DNA of 64,000 nucleotides, taken from Candidatus Daviesbacteria bacterium. GTDB lineage: Bacteria > Patescibacteriota > Microgenomatia > Daviesbacterales > UBA10151. Below, one piece after another: positions 58,371 to 64,000 of this stretch. Made by a program: the position numbers and the translations under genes. Location: NCBI GenBank assembly GCA_016186955.1, contig JACPKP010000004.1, positions 71,288-135,287 on the forward strand, in the 5' to 3' direction. The notes under the pieces were generated by a model that ran no database searches, was not told the DNA's origin, and saw nothing but the letters and a program-made list of their open reading frames with translations. Position 1 is the stretch's first letter, and each line of letters starts with the position of its first letter.

Positions 58371-58724
58371 CTATAAATTAGAGTTAAGGATTATCTCCCC
58401 CTCTCTGATTGGTTTGATTATCTCTGAATGATTATCCCAATCTTTTTCATCGGGAATTCTATAAACATTCCCAGGATAAACAGTAATATAAATAACTTCT
58501 TGAGCCATGTTTTTTCCGTCGAATATCTTGTTCTCATCTCCTAATAATAGTGCGGGGCCGGTAAAAGCTGCTGATACTGTATTACCTAGATTTATTTCAT
58601 GAACGTCCCACTGATCAATGTATTTGTCTGCATTTAAATCCCTTACAGATAATTTTTGTTTTATATTTAAAATTTGTTTTGTATATTTTTCAGAATCCTT
58701 TAGTTTTATAGAAGGTGATGTCAT
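58371..58724 (-). CDS. Hypothetical protein
   Basis: 117-aa AT-rich ORF. Confidence 0.55.
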   Translation of the reverse strand: MTSPSIKLKDSEKYTKQILNIKQKLSVRDLNADKYIDQWDVHEINLGNTVSAAFTGPALLLGDENKIFDGKNMAQEVIYITVYPGNVYRIPDEKDWDNHSEIIKPIREGEIILNSNL

Positions 58725-58882
58725 AGCAGATAATGTACAGCTTTAGAAAATATTATGCAATATTTGGCAATATCTGAGGATTTCAAGAATTTAGGCACAA
58801 AATTATTAACTCAACATTAATATTGGGGGTGTTTGATACATTTTTATCTAGATATTTAGGGTGGATTTGACTTGACGTGCAT

Positions 58883-58910
58883 TTGACGAATTTTGAAACC
58901 ATAGTATAAT
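58883..58910 (+). promoter_or_regulatory. Putative early promoter of the element
   Basis: TTGACG-N16-TATAAT; a second similar promoter TTGACA-N16-TATAAA lies at 59161-59188. Confidence 0.55.
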
Positions 58911-58975
58911 AATATCAAGGCCTGTGGAGAAAAACCAATGGTCACCCAAAAAGGGTGGCTTTTTTTGTGGCAAAA

Positions 58976-59158
58976 ATGGATAAGATTTTTGAGCCTAATA
59001 GATTTTTTAAAAGAAAAGAGATTTGCGCGATTTTACGTATCAGTGAGGCCACTTTAGGAAAGATGCTGAAGGGAAAGATTAGAGCTGTCAGATTACCCGG
59101 TCAATATAGGGTACTCGGTTCGGAAATAAATTTGTTTTTAAAATCATTAAATCATTAA
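58976..59158 (+). CDS. Excisionase-like helix-turn-helix (HTH_17/AlpA-type) protein
   Basis: FKRKEICAILRISEATLGKML.GKIRAVRL.GQYRV. Confidence 0.8.
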   Translation: MDKIFEPNRFFKRKEICAILRISEATLGKMLKGKIRAVRLPGQYRVLGSEINLFLKSLNH

Positions 59159-59273
59159 AATTGACATAGTAAAAAACCATGATATAAAAAAAGGAGCAAC
59201 TTTTAAAACCCATAATTCTTCTTTTTTACTAGTGGGAAGAGAAATTTAGGTTAGGCATGAAACATCAAACAAA

Positions 59274-59525
59274 ATGAACAATAGTGCATCAGACAATTTT
59301 AAATCAGACGTTATCTCTCTTTGCGGGGCGCTGCTTGCTTCCGGTAAAATCCAACTCTCAGGATATATCAAACTCCCAAATGGTAAAACTGAATTTCATC
59401 TCTCCCCCAAACCTATTTGCGAAGAACTTTACAATCTATATTTAAACGATAAACTCATTCTCTCGGCCTCAGCCATAGCCAGAAAAGTAGCCGAATTAAA
59501 TGTTATCCGGAAAGGAAATTATTAA
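59274..59525 (+). CDS. Small phage protein, DUF5659-like
   Basis: FKSDVISLCGALLASG...TEFHL...LYNLYLNDKL pattern; domain call tentative. Confidence 0.55.
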   Translation: MNNSASDNFKSDVISLCGALLASGKIQLSGYIKLPNGKTEFHLSPKPICEELYNLYLNDKLILSASAIARKVAELNVIRKGNY

Positions 59526-59806
59526 TGGATTATCAGGCTTTTTTAACTCAGTTTGAGCAAGAAGAGGAAAACAGGAGAGTAGCCCAACTCCAAAAGTTAA
59601 ATGAATCTTTAAAACTTCTGCCTGTAAGAAATGAATTACACGAGCAAGTAGAAAGTTTTATTAAATTCTTGGGTTTAGATAATGAGTGGTTTTGTTTAAG
59701 CAGGTTTGAAAAGGATCAGGAAAGACAAAAACTAGCAGCTCATATTTCAAATTTTTATTCTTTGAGGGGAGATTTAATAGCGGATGAATTAGAGGGGATA
59801 GTATGA
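59525..59806 (+). CDS. Hypothetical protein
   Basis: 93 aa, translationally coupled on both sides. Confidence 0.6.
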   Translation: MDYQAFLTQFEQEEENRRVAQLQKLNESLKLLPVRNELHEQVESFIKFLGLDNEWFCLSRFEKDQERQKLAAHISNFYSLRGDLIADELEGIV

Positions 59807-61362
59807 ATTCAGAGGAAGTTTTTAAAACTGAAAATTGTGAGGAAAGAGATACAGAAAGATTTACCGATACCTCCAATGCTGAAAAAATAAACCAGGTTTT
59901 TGGTAACAAAATCAGATATGACCATAGGAGGAAAAGGTGGCTGGTTTGGAAAGATCACAGATGGCAACCTGATGTTGATGGAGCAATTAATCGGATGGCG
60001 ATTGATGCTTCGAGGGTTAGATATCAAGCTGCAACCGAAATTTCAGATTTAAACCAAAGGACTATTGCTTCTAAATGGGCTATTCAATCTGAAAGCAGAT
60101 TAAGGTTGGATGCTGCAACCAGTATTGCCAAAAACCTATTACCCATTGCTGATTCTGGTGAAAACTGGGATTCAGACCCAATGTTGTTATCTTGTTTAAA
60201 TGGCATTGTTGATTTGAGGACTGGGAAAATTAGAAAAGGTTTGCCGGGAGATAGAATAACAATGGTAACAGGCGGAAAATATGACCCTGATGCTGATTGC
60301 CCTCTTTGGAAGAAATTTATCTCTGAGGTTTTTGAAGATAACCAGGATTTGATTAATTACGTTAAAAAAGCCCTAGGATATAGCCTGACCGGGGAAATGA
60401 AGGAACAAGCGGTTTTCTTTTGTTTTGGGGTGGGTTCCAACGGTAAGAGTGTTTTGTTTTCGACAATAAGGGAAATTTTAGGGGATTATGCTTATAACGC
60501 TCCCGCCACCCTCTTTCAAAGAAATACAATGGCCACCTCTAGCAATGATGTGGCATCTACCGAATTTAAGCGGTTTATAATGTCTGCGGAGATTTTATCC
60601 TCCACTAAGATTAACGAACTTCGGTTAAAAAAATGGTCAGGTGGTGACCAGGAGACCGCCAGATACCTTTATTCAGAGTATTTTTCGTTCTATCCTGCTT
60701 GTAAAATATGGCTTTTTGTGAACCATAAACCCCAAGTGGAGGATGATTCTTTTGGATTTTGGAGAAGAGTTAGGTTAATTCCATTTAATAGGGTGTTTTC
60801 GGAAAGCGAACAAGACAAAGATTTAACCAAAAAGCTGAAAAATGAACTATCAGGAATTTTAAATTGGTTAATTGAGGGGTGTTTGCTATGGCAGGCCGAG
60901 GGTCTGCAACCATTACCCGCGATAATTGAAGGTGCAACCAAGAGTTACCAGGCTGAAAATGATGTTCTGGCTGAATTTCTATTTGATTGTATTGAAGAGA
61001 CTGAGAATGACTCTCAAGCAATGGCGGTTTTTAAAAAATATAAAGAATGGGCGGAGATGCAGGGATTACAAGGGAAGGATACTTTAACCAATACTTCATT
61101 CGGGAGACGGATGAGTGATAAGTTTCCCAAGAGAATGGTTGATGGGCGGGTTTTTTATCGGGGAATTTCCATAAAAGGCGGTTTTAGTAGAGGGTTTGCC
61201 GTGCCTGAAGTGATAGTTGACCCCCATTTTCATAAAAGTCCCCTTATAAAAACTCGTATAAATAGTTTAGTGAAAACGACCTCAAACCCTCTACCTAGGC
61301 ACGAAAACCCTCTACCTACCAAAAGCGCCCAAATACCGCCAGGGTTACAAGGAATTTTATGA
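59803..61362 (+). CDS. P4-family/D5-like primase-associated SF3 helicase
   Basis: D5_N (WLVWKDHRW, LSCLNGIVDLRTG), GVGSNGKS Walker A, ARYLY, NHKP, FWRRVRLIPF, C-terminal wHTH. Confidence 0.92.
   Translation: MNSEEVFKTENCEERDTERFTDTSNAEKINQVFGNKIRYDHRRKRWLVWKDHRWQPDVDGAINRMAIDASRVRYQAATEISDLNQRTIASKWAIQSESRLRLDAATSIAKNLLPIADSGENWDSDPMLLSCLNGIVDLRTGKIRKGLPGDRITMVTGGKYDPDADCPLWKKFISEVFEDNQDLINYVKKALGYSLTGEMKEQAVFFCFGVGSNGKSVLFSTIREILGDYAYNAPATLFQRNTMATSSNDVASTEFKRFIMSAEILSSTKINELRLKKWSGGDQETARYLYSEYFSFYPACKIWLFVNHKPQVEDDSFGFWRRVRLIPFNRVFSESEQDKDLTKKLKNELSGILNWLIEGCLLWQAEGLQPLPAIIEGATKSYQAENDVLAEFLFDCIEETENDSQAMAVFKKYKEWAEMQGLQGKDTLTNTSFGRRMSDKFPKRMVDGRVFYRGISIKGGFSRGFAVPEVIVDPHFHKSPLIKTRINSLVKTTSNPLPRHENPLPTKSAQIPPGLQGIL
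61187..61318. repeat. Iteron-like repeats (putative replication origin) in the 3' end of the helicase gene
   Basis: AAACCCTCTACCTA direct repeats at 61284 and 61305 (21-bp period) and an inverted GTAGAGGGTTT at 61187, flanking an AT-rich tract. Confidence 0.6.
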
Positions 61363-61799
61363 ATAAAAAAGAACTTATTGAACAATATCTAAAGCTCGGG
61401 TTATGGTGGGTTCTTTATGAGAACGATTTTAGGGAATTTCCCCAAAATGTTCATGATCAAGCATTAGCCAAGCTTGAAGAGACTGAAACAAAACTTAAGG
61501 AAATAGGGATAACAGATATAGCAATAATCGCATTAAATGACCATGTTCAAAGAATCAAAAACTCCAAGATAGGGGATCTCAAACCAAGCGAGCAACTTTT
61601 CCTTTGCAAGGTAATTTTCGGTAATGATTGCGCAGAGGCTAAAACAGATAATATTGAGAAAAAAATGCTTCAGCTAGAAGCAGTTAGAGTTGGACCAAAA
61701 GAACCAACTCCAGGTTTTGGTGGGATGCACTGGACGGAGTTTGCCGACAAGCTTTCAGATTATCATTTCAATAAAGTGAAAAAATCAGAGGGATTATGA
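61359..61799 (+). CDS. Hypothetical protein
   Basis: 146 aa, ATGA overlap with the helicase stop. Confidence 0.65.
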   Translation: MNKKELIEQYLKLGLWWVLYENDFREFPQNVHDQALAKLEETETKLKEIGITDIAIIALNDHVQRIKNSKIGDLKPSEQLFLCKVIFGNDCAEAKTDNIEKKMLQLEAVRVGPKEPTPGFGGMHWTEFADKLSDYHFNKVKKSEGL

Positions 61800-62051
61800 A
61801 TAGACTAATTGAAGGTTGTGTGTTCCTGCTATTGTTTATTGGGTTTTTAGTAAGACCAGTGTTTTGAAAGGATTTGAAAAATGGATCGCAAAAAAAAAGA
61901 AATATTTGTCGCGTTGGAGGAATTTAGGAGGCTAACAGGCTGGAAAATACCAGACGATCTTAAACTGGAAGTGTTAAAAGAAAGGTTTAAAGCAATAGCA
62001 AAAAAATATGAAAAAAATTAGAACTGCTATAGGTTGTAATATTTGCAATAG

Positions 62052-62369
62052 ATGTGGGATATCAAAAAAAAGGTTTCCTGGTATCCAAATGACTGCGAAC
62101 CGCACTCAAGACATCTGGTTTGTATTGATTGCCAATCCAACCTAGCTGAAGTTCCGCAATTTGATAAAGAAACCTTTGAAGCTTCAGTAATGGAGGAGGC
62201 GGCCTTATATAGAAATAATATTTCATCGATAACCCAAACTCAAATAGACAAAATAACCAAAGCCTTAACCAATAAGCAAAAACTAAAACTGGCTTTAAAT
62301 GAATTTTACGAAGAAACAGATGGACTTTACCCAAAACTAAGATCCATGAAGGGAGGCGAAAAATGTTAG
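62052..62369 (+). CDS. Hypothetical Zn-finger-like protein (true start may be 62008 via frameshift)
   Basis: VCIDC; the upstream frame supplies CNICNRC. Confidence 0.5.
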   Translation: MWDIKKKVSWYPNDCEPHSRHLVCIDCQSNLAEVPQFDKETFEASVMEEAALYRNNISSITQTQIDKITKALTNKQKLKLALNEFYEETDGLYPKLRSMKGGEKC

Positions 62370-62818
62370 CAAAACATGAGATAACACAGAGCAAAGCGGT
62401 TATTAAAGCCTTGGACTCTTTAGGCAAAGACGAAAAAGAGGCATTGGCAATACTTCAAAAAAGCTTTGGTATGACAGAAGTGCAAGCGCAAGAGACCTTC
62501 TTTGACCCAGGCAAATGGCAGGAATGGAAACACCTGCAACAAAAAAAACTCGATATAAAAGATCTGCAAATGGTTTCAAAGGTTCAAGATGCTATTAATG
62601 CCAAATTAGACTCAGGTTCCGGTGCTCAAGCAAAGGAGCTTTACATATTGCTAGCTACACTGCGCGATAAGGTTTTTGGTGCAAATAAACCTGGAGGTCA
62701 TAGTTTCCTGGTTGGTGAAAAAATAACTGTAAACATGGGTTGGAAGTTTACCCCTCAACCAAGTCCAAATAAAAAGCTTGATGAGAGAATACTAAATGGG
62801 GAAGTTATTGAAGGTTAG
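62363..62818 (+). CDS. Hypothetical protein, possible terminase small subunit-like
   Basis: Helical core, LYILLATLRDK..G motif and a low-complexity tail ending GEVIEG; position after the replication module. Confidence 0.4.
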   Translation: MLAKHEITQSKAVIKALDSLGKDEKEALAILQKSFGMTEVQAQETFFDPGKWQEWKHLQQKKLDIKDLQMVSKVQDAINAKLDSGSGAQAKELYILLATLRDKVFGANKPGGHSFLVGEKITVNMGWKFTPQPSPNKKLDERILNGEVIEG

Positions 62819-63922
62819 GGATGAGCTTTGATTTTAGGGATGAAGTATAAGCTGTTGGATGAATTGTTGATTTAGGCTGAATTTTAGGTTTGGTTTTAGG
62901 CTTATATGAACGTAAATTGCACTTTAAAAAACGTCTGTGTGTACGCACGCGGGGAAGCTAAAAATAACCCCAAAATTAGGTACAAAAGCACTTTAAAAAG
63001 TTAAATATTTCAGTGAATATTTAGTTAATTTGAGCCTAGTAGGTCGTAGAGTGCATACTCTACGACACAATTCAGGCACAATGTATATTTAATTATGCTA
63101 ATCAATCCTATAATATTAAATATTTACAGTTATTGGGATATATTCTGGCTTGAGATTATTCGGTACTATCCCCAGCTTAGTTCTGGTAATTCGTGGTCAG
63201 TACGCTTTGAAAGCTGGATATGCTGAAAGGGAAGGGTAAGCTTAGAACCCAAACCCTTCTCTTAAGGCTAAAATCCGGAGATGCAAATAATTAAAAATAG
63301 ATATTTTAAAGTATGGGGTGGGTATTCCAGCTAGGGTAACAGATAAAAGCTTGGGACCGAAGAAAAAAAATCAATCCCGCCAGAAAAAGGGATGGTTAAC
63401 CAATGAACCTTGTCGGGATTGGGTATAGCTATATAACTCATTTCTAAAGCACATTAAATATTTTTTTAAAAATTAAAAAGGGATGTTACAAAAATAACAT
63501 CCCTAACAAAAATATTAAATATTTGTGCCTAAAAAACTTTACTTGAAAACGAGCGACAAAATGTTGTGGGTTGTGCCTAAGAACACTACTATTTTACGCA
63601 CAAAAGTTTAGTGGTATGACCCATAGGTCATCTAAAAAAGATGGATAATCTATTTAGCTTATTATATCAATCTAAACTAGAAATGCTCTAAACAAACCTC
63701 ATTTTTTAGAGGCGTACAGGGGCTTGTAGCAAGAATATTTACTATTTTGAGGCTAATTATTTAAAAATGTTAGGGATTTATTAAAAAGCTGGGGTATGTA
63801 TATTTACCAGACGGCACAGGCACAAACTTAAAGCAAAAATGCCTCTAAAACGGCTAGAAAGGTGGTAAGAGGACTAACGTCCCTAGAAAAAAATTAAACC
63901 AATAGAAAGGAAGGTGAGATTT

Positions 63923-64000
63923 TATGGAAGAAGACAAAACAAAGCAAATTGTACAACCAGAAAATCCGGAGTTCATTAAAAATGACTTGGATCAGAAAGA
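63923..64000 (+). CDS. 5' fragment of an ORF running off the window
   Basis: ATG after AGGAAGGTGA; MEEDKTKQIVQPENPEFIKNDLDQK... Confidence 0.5.

Larger units (their letters stand above)
50944..64000. mobile_element. Integrated phage-satellite-like element or partial prophage (right end outside the window)
   Basis: Tyrosine integrase, excisionase-like HTH, P4/D5 primase-helicase, iterons, phage-like ORFs and a left att-like remnant. Confidence 0.75.

Overview
This is a gene-dense bacterial chromosome segment. Its gene content and style suggest a Patescibacteria/CPR (Microgenomates-like) host; that is an inference, not a phylogenetic result. Bases 1-42.8 kb are mostly host genes: rsmI, dedA, lexA, a GH57-like gene, a sigma-70 factor, a two-component pair, uvrB/uvrA/uvrC, secG, a polyprenyl synthase, a Cys-less thiolase plus DUF35, CapA, GH18, tRNA-Lys, tRNA-Arg, a fused ThDP-dependent E1 alpha/beta and a VirD4-like ATPase. 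This part also carries small palindromic REP-like insertions, some in frame within genes, and two one-gene islets anchored on tRNA 3' ends. Bases 42.9-50.8 kb are a decayed type I restriction-modification/defence locus (5'-truncated CD-NTase-like gene with AGS-C, HEPN gene, AAA ATPase, broken hsdS, KilA-N, RhuM). It is organised as a cassette array punctuated by four copies of a ~121-bp direct repeat. Each repeat is the 5' end of a nuclease-like gene plus, in three copies, a promoter-like segment, and two copies lead into paralogous unannotated 49-aa microproteins. From ~50.95 kb to the window end lies an integrated phage-satellite-like element beside tRNA-Gly-like att remnants. It has an integrase, excisionase, P4/D5 primase-helicase with iterons and a possible small terminase, plus large putative virion/DNA-ejection proteins, but no capsid or tail genes in view. 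All calls come from reading motifs by eye; no database searches were run.
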